From positions 1-64,000 of the forward strand of contig JAEOTZ010000026.1 of NCBI GenBank assembly GCA_016839585.1: 64,000 nucleotides of DNA. The letters are read 5' to 3'. Shown here one piece after another: positions 29,365-39,819 of the stretch. Made by a program: the position numbers and the translations under genes. The stretch's first letter is position 1. Every line of letters begins with the position of its first letter. The DNA is from Promethearchaeota archaeon (lineage in GTDB: Archaea; Asgardarchaeota; Lokiarchaeia; Sigyniarchaeales; SOKP01). The notes beneath the pieces are model-generated. The model ran no database searches. It worked only from the letters and a program-made list of their open reading frames with translations, and was not told the origin of the DNA.

Positions 29365-31062
29365 TTATTCTTTTTTTAATGCTCTTTCTCTTAACTTTCT
29401 GCGAAAAATTTTACCAACAGTAGTACGTGGTAATATATTAATGAATTCTATTTGTCGTGGATATTTATAGCCGGCCAATTTTTCCTTTGACCATTCAATA
29501 ATATCTCGTTCTGTAATTTTATCCTTATATTCTGGTTTGAGTACTACATAAGCTTTTATAGTTTCCCCAACATTTGGATCAGGAGCAGATACTACACCTA
29601 CTTCTAATATTGCTGGATGTTCAATTAATTTTTCTTCAACTTCACGAGGCATAACTTTATAACCCTTATATTTAATGATATCCTTCGTCCGTCCCTCAAT
29701 ATAGAAATATCCTTGCTCATCCATTCTTGCTAAATCACCTGTTCTTAACCAGTCACCTTGTACAAATGTTTTTTTAGTATCCTCAGGCCTTTTCCAATAT
29801 CCCTTCATTACTTGAGGTCCATGAATTAATAATTCTCCTACTTCTCCTATGGGAAGCTCTTCTAAAGAATCAGGATTTACGATTTTTGTGTCTGTATCAA
29901 TACAAGGAATTCCAATACTCTCCGTTTTTATTTCAGGCAACCACTGTGGTTGGTGATGAGTAACTGGTGATGTCTCAGTTAGTCCATACCCTTGACCTAC
30001 TTTAAATCCAACAATTTGTTCCCACCTATTATTTATTTCCGGAGCCAATGCCGCTGAACCCGAAGTTGCTGACTCAAGACTTGAAAGATCCCGCTCTGTG
30101 AAGTCAGGGGAATTGACTAACATTTGAAACATTACTGGTACACCTATAAACATATCACATTTATAATATTCAATTGCTTCTAAGACTTCAGAAGGATTAA
30201 ATGATTCAAACATTACTAGCATTGATGCTAAAATTGAAGTCATAATTAAGACCTGAAAACCAAAAGAATGACATATAGGGAGAACTGTTAGACTTACTCT
30301 TTCTCCATAGACTACATCTGCATCATCTCTCGATTCACGTAAATTATACATAGTACAAAGAGCATCAGCTACTAAATTGTTATGAGTTAACATCACTCCT
30401 TTAGGTAGACCCGTGGTACCACCTGTATATAGTAAAATTGCAAGGTCATTAATAGGATCTATGACGATTTCAGGAGGTTTAGGCGTTTTTCCATCAATAA
30501 ATTCTTCTAAAGTAATTGTATCAGGTTTTGCTTCTTCAGCTCGAAGTAAAATCACATTTTCTAATTCAACTACTTTACTAACCTTCTTAATTGTTCTAAA
30601 ATTGTTTTTATGTACAAAAATAGTATTTATATTTCCCGCATCTCTAATGATGTGTGCCACATCTGCCTCTTTAAGAAGAGGATTTATTGGAACCACTGCT
30701 GCCCCAGTTTCCATAATCCCTAAACAACAAAATAAAAATTCAGGACAATTACTTGTCATAATCCCTACTCCATCTCCTTTCTTGACACCCAACTCAAATA
30801 ATGCATTTGCGATCTTGTCTGAAGTGTAGATTGCCTCACGGTAAGTATACTTTTTATCAGTGGGTTTGTAATGTACACAAACATTATTAAGATAATTCGA
30901 AATTCTTAGTTTAATGAGCTCATGCACAGGTATAGGTTCAAATTTTAGTGATTTTGCTATATAATCTGGCCTTAATTTTAACCATGGACGATTGGGATTT
31001 TCTATATAAGGTGATTCATTCTCATAATCTGGTATCGGTTCCCAATCTGAATAATCTTTCAT
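29365..31062 (-). CDS. Long-chain fatty acid-CoA ligase (AMP-binding)
   Basis: YTGGTTGLPKG, QGYGLTE, WLRTGD, GKIFRR. Confidence 0.92.
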   Translation of the reverse strand: MKDYSDWEPIPDYENESPYIENPNRPWLKLRPDYIAKSLKFEPIPVHELIKLRISNYLNNVCVHYKPTDKKYTYREAIYTSDKIANALFELGVKKGDGVGIMTSNCPEFLFCCLGIMETGAAVVPINPLLKEADVAHIIRDAGNINTIFVHKNNFRTIKKVSKVVELENVILLRAEEAKPDTITLEEFIDGKTPKPPEIVIDPINDLAILLYTGGTTGLPKGVMLTHNNLVADALCTMYNLRESRDDADVVYGERVSLTVLPICHSFGFQVLIMTSILASMLVMFESFNPSEVLEAIEYYKCDMFIGVPVMFQMLVNSPDFTERDLSSLESATSGSAALAPEINNRWEQIVGFKVGQGYGLTETSPVTHHQPQWLPEIKTESIGIPCIDTDTKIVNPDSLEELPIGEVGELLIHGPQVMKGYWKRPEDTKKTFVQGDWLRTGDLARMDEQGYFYIEGRTKDIIKYKGYKVMPREVEEKLIEHPAILEVGVVSAPDPNVGETIKAYVVLKPEYKDKITERDIIEWSKEKLAGYKYPRQIEFINILPRTTVGKIFRRKLRERALKKE

Positions 31063-31271
31063 CTAAATTTCCTCTGATATTTTTTAATAATAATTTAACT
31101 ATTTTTAGAATTTTTATGAGTTGCAAATAAACTCAGTAATAGATAAATTGATTTCAGATATATAAAAGTCTTTTCTTATAAAATAATTAGACCTGATCAT
31201 TCTATATTTAAACAATGTTAAATATTAATCATATTAAATAACGTAAAATCCAATAAATTTTACACATAAAA

Positions 31272-32177
31272 GTGAAAAATTTGAAAGATTTGGAAGAAAA
31301 GAATTGTTTTATTACTGGAGCTGCTAGTGGAATAGGGCGATCGTTTGCTATAGCTTTAGCAAATGAAGGAATGAACCTATTTATTTCTGATATTAATATG
31401 GAGGATTTAGAAAGAGTAAAAGAGGAGATCGATAAAATTGGAGTAAAAGTATATACTGGCAAGTGTGATGTTGCTAAATTTAGTGATTGGGAAAAAATTT
31501 CTAAAGATTTTTTCTCAGAGTTAAAAGAACTTGACTTATTAATCAATAATGCAGGAACTGCAATCGGAGGAGATATATTAGAACTTGAATTAGAAGATTG
31601 GAAAAGAGTACTTGATATAAATTTGTGGAGTATTATTCATTCTCTTAAAGTATTTTTACCCCACATGTATAATAAGCACTCGGGACATATTGTGAATGTT
31701 GCTTCTGGAGCGGGTGTTTTTGGGTCAGCAGAACCTGCCTCCTATATTACTTCGAAATTTGCAGTTGTAGGACTCTCAGAAGCACTTTTTGGTCAATTAT
31801 ATAGTCAAAATATAAAAGTTTCAGTAGTAATTCCTTCATACGTAAAAACAAATATTTTTTCTAATGCTAAAATAAAATACTCTAAAAATTTAATAGATGC
31901 TTATGGTGAAGATAAGATAGAGAAGATTTATCACTCATTATTAGATGAACTTATTAGAAATGCAATGTCGCCAGATAAAGCTGTAAAGAGATATATAAGG
32001 GGGATAAAAAAGGATCAATTATATGTATACGATGTGAGAAGTGTATTAGGACCTTTATCTTTAAAAGCAAATCCTCAATTATTTGAAAAATTCTTAATAA
32101 ACTATCATGAGAATGCTATAAAGACAACAAAAGAACATTTTTTGAAATTTGGGATAAATATTGATGATTTTAAATAA
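31272..32177 (+). CDS. Short-chain dehydrogenase/reductase
   Basis: TGAASGIG, NNAG, YITSK. Confidence 0.92.
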   Translation: MKNLKDLEEKNCFITGAASGIGRSFAIALANEGMNLFISDINMEDLERVKEEIDKIGVKVYTGKCDVAKFSDWEKISKDFFSELKELDLLINNAGTAIGGDILELELEDWKRVLDINLWSIIHSLKVFLPHMYNKHSGHIVNVASGAGVFGSAEPASYITSKFAVVGLSEALFGQLYSQNIKVSVVIPSYVKTNIFSNAKIKYSKNLIDAYGEDKIEKIYHSLLDELIRNAMSPDKAVKRYIRGIKKDQLYVYDVRSVLGPLSLKANPQLFEKFLINYHENAIKTTKEHFLKFGINIDDFK

Positions 32178-32219
32178 TATTTCAAAAATATTAAATCATA
32201 AAAATTATGGTAAACCATT

Positions 32220-33068
32220 ATGAAAGATTTTAAAAGTAAAGTGGCAGTAATTACTGGAGCTGGTAGTGGAATAGGGCTTGCATTAGTAAATAAATGTATT
32301 GATGAAGGGATGAAGGTAGTTCTTGCCGATATCGATGAAAGAGCTTTAAAAAGAGCCGAAAGAAAGTTAAATAAAGCAGAAGCAGAAGTATTAACAGTTG
32401 TAACAGATGTATCTAAACCTAAAGATGTTGAAATGTTGGCTAATAAAACAATTGCTATCTTTGGAGAAATTCATTTGTTATTCAATAATGCTGGTGTTGG
32501 TAATACCAAATATACATGGAATTATACATTGAAGGATTGGGAATGGCAACTTGGAGTAAATCTTTTTGGTGTAATTTATGGAATACGAACATTTGTTCCC
32601 ATAATGTTAAATCAAAATAAAGAATGCTTGATAGTAAATATAGCATCTATAGAAGGGTTATTATCCGGTTCAGGTCCCGGTGGTGCAATTTATGGAGTAT
32701 CTAAACATGGTATTATTTCTTTAAGCGAAACATTAAGAACTGAATTAAACCAAATAAATGCTAAAGTTAAAGTTGCTGTAGTGTGTCCTGGTTGGGTTCA
32801 CACAAGAATTTTCAGAATAAATAGAAATCGTCCAACAGAGCTTAAAAATGAACCAAATGAAGAAATTGAGGATTCTAAACTAGAATATTCAGCAGGATTA
32901 TTTCAAGAACTCTTTGATAAATCTCCACCTATACTGCCTGAAACTGCAGCAGATAAGATTTTTCAAGGTATAAAAGAAGATAAATTCTATATTCTGACTC
33001 ATAAAGATGATGTTTTAAAGGAAAGAGTAAAAGAGCGTTTTGATGAGATATTAAAAGCATTCGATTAA
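32220..33068 (+). CDS. Short-chain dehydrogenase/reductase
   Basis: TGAGSGIG, NNAG, YGVSK, CPGWV. Confidence 0.92.
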   Translation: MKDFKSKVAVITGAGSGIGLALVNKCIDEGMKVVLADIDERALKRAERKLNKAEAEVLTVVTDVSKPKDVEMLANKTIAIFGEIHLLFNNAGVGNTKYTWNYTLKDWEWQLGVNLFGVIYGIRTFVPIMLNQNKECLIVNIASIEGLLSGSGPGGAIYGVSKHGIISLSETLRTELNQINAKVKVAVVCPGWVHTRIFRINRNRPTELKNEPNEEIEDSKLEYSAGLFQELFDKSPPILPETAADKIFQGIKEDKFYILTHKDDVLKERVKERFDEILKAFD

Positions 33069-33104
33069 TTACAAGCTCATTTTAAAAAAAAATGTGAGAT
33101 ATTT

Positions 33105-33902
33105 TTATATCTCAATATCCCATTTTAAAAATGAATAGGGTTCAAATTTCTTTGGTTCCATCTCAGCTACAACAGAACCTCTTAGCATGGAATTATTACC
33201 CTTCAGATAAACTGCAGCTAAGGTTTTTACGATTTCAACCTCGCCCCAAGGATCACTATTAGAAGATCGCAAAGTTATTTCAGCACTTCCTAACTTTATT
33301 TCACTAGGGCTTAATACTGTTTCTTGTTTAACAAGACGTGGATTATAATCATAATACTGACCATCGGGTGAGGGAAAATGTTTGTAATTATAAGATATAA
33401 AAGGCATCTCAGGATCAGTACTACCACCAGTTCGTTCTAAATATAACTGAATAAACTCAGAAGAATTAGGTCTCCCATTTAATTTTGCTTTAAATTCAAA
33501 GAAACGTGTTCCGAGACGCTCTACCCAACCTTCAGCGTCTCTTTTTTCACGTTTAAAATAAATATTAGCAATTTTTTTCGGGAAACCAAATACTTCTCGA
33601 CCACCAGCCATTGCTATATCATTAGTAACTGGCATTGCTAAGCAATAACCTCCTTCTACACCTTCAAATTCACAAGTTAGAAATAGTGCACCTTCATTAT
33701 AAGTAACACCAAAATTTGTTTTTGGATAATGTGCAACAAATGCATAAGCAATTGGGGTATCGAGTGGTTTTAGAGGGGGTGGAAGTAATTTTTTAATAAT
33801 TTCTGGTTTCGTTTCCCACCATACAGTTAACATCTCAGCATCATAGAAATCAGCACTTTCTCTGCTACTCATAAAACCTCCTGAATCTCTTAAAAAACTC
33901 AT
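33105..33902 (-). CDS. Acetoacetate decarboxylase (ADC) superfamily protein
   Basis: 'LLPPPL', 'YNEGAL', GREVFGFPKK Schiff-base Lys motif, 'SDPW'. Confidence 0.87.
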   Translation of the reverse strand: MSFLRDSGGFMSSRESADFYDAEMLTVWWETKPEIIKKLLPPPLKPLDTPIAYAFVAHYPKTNFGVTYNEGALFLTCEFEGVEGGYCLAMPVTNDIAMAGGREVFGFPKKIANIYFKREKRDAEGWVERLGTRFFEFKAKLNGRPNSSEFIQLYLERTGGSTDPEMPFISYNYKHFPSPDGQYYDYNPRLVKQETVLSPSEIKLGSAEITLRSSNSDPWGEVEIVKTLAAVYLKGNNSMLRGSVVAEMEPKKFEPYSFLKWDIEI

Positions 33903-33978
33903 AAATTTTCATCTCGGAATAATTTTTTATTAAATTAATAATATTAGAACATTTCATAATAAAAAAATATCTATATAT

Positions 33979-35205
33979 TTATGATAATGCTTGATTTAAT
34001 AACTCCATTAAATCAATCATTTTAATATCAGAATTTAGCTCTTTAATTGCATCATATAAATTTCTATAACAAAAAGGGCAAATACTTACAAGATACTGTG
34101 CCACTGTGTCTTCAGCTTCTTTCACTCTAGATTTAGCAATTTCTAATGCAAGCTCGGGGAAACCCTTTTTAACTCCTCCCCCGGCACCGCAGCATTTGGT
34201 ATTTTCTTTGATCGTTTTCATTTCGACTAAATTTACAATTTTCCTTAGAATTTCTCTCGGTTCTTCGTAAAGAGGATTAATATTTTCCTTAACTCCTGCA
34301 TTTCTTCCTGTATGGCAAGGATCATGGTAAGTTGCTGTTATACCTAAATGTTTTAACTTAATATCTTGTTTATTTATAATGTTATATATGAACTCAATAG
34401 TATGAAGTATTTCGAGACCTAAATCTTCCATGTAATCTGAGTAATCAGTTTTTAAAGTTCGATAACACCCCGCACAACTAGTTATTATTGTTTTTACACC
34501 ACTTTTTTTAAATAATTCATAGTTTTTTGTAGCAACAGAATTAAAAGCATTAAGATCCCCTGTTCTTTTTGCTACACTTCCACAACAAACTTCAAATTCT
34601 CCATACACAGAGAAATCGATGCCTAATTTTTTGAGAACTTTTGCTGTATTTATTGCTACAGTTTGAATTTCTGGAGTTAAAGCAGCAGTACAACCAACAA
34701 AATAAAGGACATCTGCTTTTTCTTTAGTGGCATCCTTAATTTTAAAATCTAACTTTCCCAACCAATCCTTCTTTTGCTTATTATCCCTTTCATATGGATT
34801 TAAAAGCTCAACCATTGCTTTATTCATTGGTACATGTGCTTCTAAACCACATCCGGCATCTATTAATTCAGCTCTTAAAGTTTCATAAATCGCGGCATTA
34901 TCCATATCATAAGCACAAGTTTCAGCACAAGCATTACATGTTGGACATTGGTATATTACTTCACCTAAATCTTTACTTAATTGTAGCTTTCCTTGCCATA
35001 GTGATCGAATGATTTGCATTTTTCCTCTTCCAAAAAAAGCTTCAAAGCCAGAAGTATGATCTCTTGCAACACAAACACCCCACTTTTGTGGTTCTGATGT
35101 ATAGTCAGTTGCTTCTCTACAATCTCCACAGCTAATACATTGTAATATTATATCTCCTAATTTGTTTAAATGCTGGTATTTTTCTTTCGGTTTGAATTCA
35201 GTCAT
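33979..35205 (-). CDS. Fe-S oxidoreductase with CCG domains (GlcF/HdrD-like)
   Basis: CISCGDC, CPTCNACAETC, YFVGC, CCG, TSCAGC, YHDPC, CCGAGGG, CPFC. Confidence 0.9.
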   Translation of the reverse strand: MTEFKPKEKYQHLNKLGDIILQCISCGDCREATDYTSEPQKWGVCVARDHTSGFEAFFGRGKMQIIRSLWQGKLQLSKDLGEVIYQCPTCNACAETCAYDMDNAAIYETLRAELIDAGCGLEAHVPMNKAMVELLNPYERDNKQKKDWLGKLDFKIKDATKEKADVLYFVGCTAALTPEIQTVAINTAKVLKKLGIDFSVYGEFEVCCGSVAKRTGDLNAFNSVATKNYELFKKSGVKTIITSCAGCYRTLKTDYSDYMEDLGLEILHTIEFIYNIINKQDIKLKHLGITATYHDPCHTGRNAGVKENINPLYEEPREILRKIVNLVEMKTIKENTKCCGAGGGVKKGFPELALEIAKSRVKEAEDTVAQYLVSICPFCYRNLYDAIKELNSDIKMIDLMELLNQALS

Positions 35206-35214
35206 TTTTTACAA

Positions 35215-36744
35215 CTACTCTTTTTCTTTTACTATATGTGTTGAGATATCATGATCATAACTATACATGTGAAATTTCTTAGGGCTTAATAGAAAATTTG
35301 GATCTACAGTTTTTTTCATATCCTTAAAGAATTTTAAAAATTCTGGTGTATAAGCATCTGCTTCCACAATTGATTGCGAAATTGCTTCTCCTAACCAATA
35401 ATGAACTCCACCATATTTAACTTGATGTCGTAATTTTTTGTGCCATAGTTCCATAGATTTTTCACGTTGTTCATCAACATTATCAGCATTAAAGCCCCCT
35501 ACAATAACACAATTTCCATTAGGTAATAGGAAAATAACTGTAGCAAATAATGATATACTTCCCAGAGGAAGTTCATTTCTATGTTTATTTTCAAATTCAG
35601 CACTCTGTTGAGCTATTTTAGACAGATCTGAAATGGGTATTTTATGACATGTAGTACATGAAATTTTCGGTGGAGCAATTGAGATATATTTATTGAAGTA
35701 GTTATAAGCATATTTCAATTCAAACTTCCAATCCTTTGAAAGCCTTGCTTCAGTATCTACTTCTTGCCATTCAAATGGTCGAGCGTCCTCCTTCATGATC
35801 TCGTGTACTTTTTCAAGATATATATCGAGAATTCGCTCATCCATAGCTTCAACCATGATTGAAAATACAGGACCTTTCAATCTCGGTCTTTTAGTAGGTT
35901 TGCTTTCAATCATACCTGCCAATAGTTGGACAACAATGAGAGGGACGACAAGTACATCATGCAATCCATCCCTTATTTCTTTCCGTAATTTATTCATAAG
36001 TTCATAGACTTTATTATAATCATTTTTATGGAGCATATAATATCGTTGAGCTTTAAATGGAGTTTCTGGATATAACTTTAAGAAAGCTTTAGTTTTAATA
36101 CCCATACTTCCAACATCTCCCATAAATAGTCCCGTAAAGTCTGGTGCAACTCCATATCTGCAAAATGGTTTAGCATATTTATTTGCAGCAGCTCCAGTTC
36201 TTATTATTGTTCCCTGTGGATTTGGTAATACAACCTCAACACCTAAACAGATATCTGGGACTAGTCCATATTTAGTAGAACCAAAACCAGCTGTACTATT
36301 CGAAAGTCCTCCACCTATAGTAGCTGAGAATCCACTTCCAGGACCTAATACCCCCGTTGTTAATCCTTTTGAATGCAATTGAGAAATTAAATTTCCCCAT
36401 GTAATTCCTGTTTCTACTACACAGTAAAAATCTGTTTCATTGATTTCTATTATTTTATTCATTCTTGTTAAATCTACAAGAATACCCCCTTCTGTAACAG
36501 AACCTCCTACTAAATCTGCACCTCCACCCCTCGGAACCATATGAATTTTGTACTTATTAGCTATTTTAACAATTTCAGAAACTTCTTCAGTGCTTTCTGG
36601 TCTTACTATCATATCTGCCCATCGATCTGGGAAGGCAGGATCAACATTTCGAGAATATGCGGCCTTCATGAAATCTTTATCTGTAATATAATCTGAACCT
36701 ACTACCCCCTCGATTTCTTTGTAAGCATTTTTTACTTTCGACAT
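35215..36744 (-). CDS. FAD-linked oxidoreductase (GlcD/VAO-type)
   Basis: PRGGG..L.GG, SATIGG, 'GSMGIKT', 'KKTVDPNFLLSP'; 9 bp from the GlcF-like partner. Confidence 0.88.
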   Translation of the reverse strand: MSKVKNAYKEIEGVVGSDYITDKDFMKAAYSRNVDPAFPDRWADMIVRPESTEEVSEIVKIANKYKIHMVPRGGGADLVGGSVTEGGILVDLTRMNKIIEINETDFYCVVETGITWGNLISQLHSKGLTTGVLGPGSGFSATIGGGLSNSTAGFGSTKYGLVPDICLGVEVVLPNPQGTIIRTGAAANKYAKPFCRYGVAPDFTGLFMGDVGSMGIKTKAFLKLYPETPFKAQRYYMLHKNDYNKVYELMNKLRKEIRDGLHDVLVVPLIVVQLLAGMIESKPTKRPRLKGPVFSIMVEAMDERILDIYLEKVHEIMKEDARPFEWQEVDTEARLSKDWKFELKYAYNYFNKYISIAPPKISCTTCHKIPISDLSKIAQQSAEFENKHRNELPLGSISLFATVIFLLPNGNCVIVGGFNADNVDEQREKSMELWHKKLRHQVKYGGVHYWLGEAISQSIVEADAYTPEFLKFFKDMKKTVDPNFLLSPKKFHMYSYDHDISTHIVKEKE

Positions 36745-36853
36745 TTCTCTTTACTTTTTTCAAATGTAATAATTATAGAATTGATTTTGTGAATTAATAA
36801 AATTTTTCTTAATGTTTTTATTTTTTAAATTAATAAGATGGAGGAATTTCAAA

Positions 36854-37300
36854 ATGAAAACCTTAAAAGATTCAATAGAGATAAATACTAAACCAGAGAA
36901 AATATATCAATGGTTAAAAAATTTGGATAAGAATTACAAAAAATGGCATAAGGATCATGTTAATTCTATTAAATTAACTAACACAAGGGAATTAGAAATA
37001 GCAGATGTTTTTTGTTATGAAGAATATCTGCATGGGGAATTGCATAAGCTAACGTTTAAGCTCACTACTGTTGAAGAAAATAGAGTTATTGAATTTAAAA
37101 CTTTATTTCCTGCCTCTTTGATTTGTCCAAAGGGATCATTCTTAATAGAGCCTAAAAATGATGGTTCCATTTTTACAGCAACTTTATCCTTTAGAATGGG
37201 TAATATGTTCTCAAAATTGGCTAAATCTCGTGTAGAAGCTATTCAAAAACATATGAAAGAAGAAGGAGAAAATTTGAAAAGATTATTAGAAACTGAATAA
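36854..37300 (+). CDS. SRPBCC (START/Bet v1) family protein
   Basis: 'SIEINTKPEKIYQWL...W', C-terminal helix 'EEGENLKRLLE'; GGAGG RBS before ATG 36854. Confidence 0.8.
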   Translation: MKTLKDSIEINTKPEKIYQWLKNLDKNYKKWHKDHVNSIKLTNTRELEIADVFCYEEYLHGELHKLTFKLTTVEENRVIEFKTLFPASLICPKGSFLIEPKNDGSIFTATLSFRMGNMFSKLAKSRVEAIQKHMKEEGENLKRLLETE

Positions 37301-37349
37301 TAATTTTTTATTCATATGAATTCAATTATATTTTTATTTAAAAAGAAAA

Positions 37350-38567
37350 TTATGGAAAATAAGTTGTAGGTTTCTTTTCTTCTGGAAACTTATTTACATA
37401 ACATCGAAGGGGAAAATTGTTTGGTATAGCAGCAAGACATCGATTACAAGAAATACATGCTACCTTATCTTGCTTCTCTTCCTTAAAATTTTTTACAAGT
37501 AAAGGTTCCCTGATAAAGGGACGTGCCATGGATATTAAATCAACATACTTTTTTTCTATTATCTCTTCCATAAAGGCTTTATGTCTTAGACCTCCCACCA
37601 GGATTAGGGGGATATTTCCGATAATAGGTTTAATCATCTTTGCTGCTTCAAGATTATATCCTTCATCAAAATTATATTTTCCGACCATATCTTGATATAT
37701 CCCCTCTACCATTGCTTTCATATAATCTGGAACAGCTTGTGCAATTTCTTGTACTGGAACGTCTCCCCTGCACATGTTAAATATAGCGTAAACTGTTGAA
37801 CCACAGCTTATTTCAATAGCATCAATTCCTAGTTTTACTAACCATTCAGAATATTTTGCTGCTAATGGTGGTGTTATACCTTCGGTTGGAGTATAATCAT
37901 TGGTATTTAATTTTATTAAAAGAGGTATATTTGCCGGTAATACTTTTTTGGTTTTAGTTATAATCTCTTTCAAGTATCGAAATTGTTTTTCATCAGAACC
38001 ACCCCAATCATCTTGCCTGCGATTATAAAAAGGAGATAGAAATTGATTGATTAAATAACCATGGGCGGCATGGATTTGGATTGCATCTGCACCAGTTTCA
38101 ACTACGCGTCTGGAAGCTTCGACAAAAGCTTCTATAGATTCTTGAATATCTTCTTCAGTCATTTCTCTTGAATAATCCATTGAAACAGGATTTATAATAT
38201 CTCCAGAGGGTCCCATAGGAGTTGCTCCTATTAATCTACTAAATGTTTGCAAACCAGCGTGTACAATCTGAAATGCAACCTTCCCTTCTTCTTTATGTAT
38301 TGCATCAACAATCTTTTTTAGGCCAGGAATCAAATCATTCTTATATATTCCTGTTTGATATTTAAATGCTTGACCTAAAGGGTGAACATACATGTATCCT
38401 GGAATGATTAATCCGATTTCTCCCTTTGCTAGTGTACTATGAAGTTTTATGAGTTTTTCAGTTACCTCGCCATCTTCTTTTGCTAGATTTTCTATTGTGG
38501 CTGACCGCACAAATCTATTATTAACTTCCATTTGTCCAATTTTCGTTGGTTTAAATAAAATAGATAT
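37350..38567 (-). CDS. NADH:flavin oxidoreductase (Old Yellow Enzyme family)
   Basis: NRFVRSAT, QIVHAG, HAAHGYLINQFLSP, ARPFIREP, CISCNRC. The conserved N-terminus SILFKPTKIG lies upstream of ATG 38531, behind ATA 38567. Confidence 0.9.
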   Translation of the reverse strand: MSILFKPTKIGQMEVNNRFVRSATIENLAKEDGEVTEKLIKLHSTLAKGEIGLIIPGYMYVHPLGQAFKYQTGIYKNDLIPGLKKIVDAIHKEEGKVAFQIVHAGLQTFSRLIGATPMGPSGDIINPVSMDYSREMTEEDIQESIEAFVEASRRVVETGADAIQIHAAHGYLINQFLSPFYNRRQDDWGGSDEKQFRYLKEIITKTKKVLPANIPLLIKLNTNDYTPTEGITPPLAAKYSEWLVKLGIDAIEISCGSTVYAIFNMCRGDVPVQEIAQAVPDYMKAMVEGIYQDMVGKYNFDEGYNLEAAKMIKPIIGNIPLILVGGLRHKAFMEEIIEKKYVDLISMARPFIREPLLVKNFKEEKQDKVACISCNRCLAAIPNNFPLRCYVNKFPEEKKPTTYFP

Positions 38568-38644
38568 AATAAATCTCCACTTTTAGTTATTTTCTAATTA
38601 ATTTATCATAAATATTCTTAAATTTTAAATGATTTTGATTTAAC

Positions 38645-39082
38645 ATGCCAGAAAAATCTCCCTTTAATATGAAAGGATTTCATCCTTTTGGGGACCTTAT
38701 AGGATTAAAGTTCACAAAGTCCCATAAAGGTTATTCTCAATGTGTTCTTGATGTCAATGAGAAGTTATTTAACCCTCATATGGTTATACATGGCGGTTTA
38801 ATCTACTCAATGGCCGATACTGGCATGGGCGCTGCTCTTTTTTCTCATTTAGAAAAAGATGAACTATGTGCAACTGTAGAAATTAAAATTCATTACTTTA
38901 AAAGCGTTAAATCAGGCGTCCTTATTTGTAATACAAAAGTAATCAACATTGGGAAAAAGATTGCTACATTAGAATCAGAAATTTTAAATGACAATCAACT
39001 AGTCTCAAAAGCATTAGGAACTTTTTCTATATTTCAAACCAAGGATAAAAGTCTATTACTTGAAAAAATAAGGGGAAGTTAA
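38645..39082 (+). CDS. PaaI family thioesterase (hot-dog fold)
   Basis: N..M.IHGG.....AD..MG.A, 'TVEIKIHYF'. Confidence 0.9.
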   Translation: MPEKSPFNMKGFHPFGDLIGLKFTKSHKGYSQCVLDVNEKLFNPHMVIHGGLIYSMADTGMGAALFSHLEKDELCATVEIKIHYFKSVKSGVLICNTKVINIGKKIATLESEILNDNQLVSKALGTFSIFQTKDKSLLLEKIRGS

Positions 39083-39083
39083 C

Positions 39084-39629
39084 TCATTTTCGAATTAATA
39101 TTCCAATTTTTCCACCTATTTTTTGAATAGAATTACCCTCAGCACCAACTAAAGTTTCTTCTTTGATTAATTCGATGATTGCTTGAGTTATCATGCTTAA
39201 TGGATATTGTTGTATTTCTTTAATGCCAATAAGCTCATCTATAGTTAAAGTTTCTCCAGGCACTATCATTGAAATTATTGCTCTTTTTACTTCATCTAAA
39301 TTACTCACTTTTTCTATTAATTCACGTGTTTCTCTCTTGTTTCTACTTTTTTTAAGTTCACTTAATGTAGATGTTAATAATTTAACTTGTTCCTCAAGCT
39401 TATTAATTCGTGTTTCTAATTCTCTTTTGGAACTTCTATTTATTTTCTTTGATTCTTCCTTATCAGCTAAGAATTTAATTACAAGTTTTTCAAGGTGTTC
39501 TTTCGAAATATTAGCTTTTTTTATCTTTTTTATCTTTTCTATTTTAGTACTACTTTTCTTTAATGTAATATTAAATTCTTTTGCTAACTTTTCCAAGTAA
39601 AATACTGTGAGATCGTTTAAATCTGCCAT
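39084..39629 (-). CDS. Hypothetical protein: Rho_N/HeH-like N-terminus, coiled coil, winged-helix-like C-terminus
   Basis: 'DLNDLTVFYLEKLAKEFNI..K...K..KI'; heptads 'ELETRINKLEEQVKLL'; GAGG RBS before ATG 39629. Confidence 0.65.
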   Translation of the reverse strand: MADLNDLTVFYLEKLAKEFNITLKKSSTKIEKIKKIKKANISKEHLEKLVIKFLADKEESKKINRSSKRELETRINKLEEQVKLLTSTLSELKKSRNKRETRELIEKVSNLDEVKRAIISMIVPGETLTIDELIGIKEIQQYPLSMITQAIIELIKEETLVGAEGNSIQKIGGKIGILIRK

Positions 39630-39819
39630 GTATAGCCTCAATTAAAGAAATTATTAAGTAGATTTAAAACCATGCAAGAGAATTGATAACTAATTTTGGG
39701 GTATGGTTTTAAGGATTATATGTATAAATTATTTCTTGAAATTAAATAAATTCTTTTCTTTCAAAAGTAACTTTAAATATTTGTTAATATTGCCATAATA
39801 AATATTAAGGGGATAGAAT

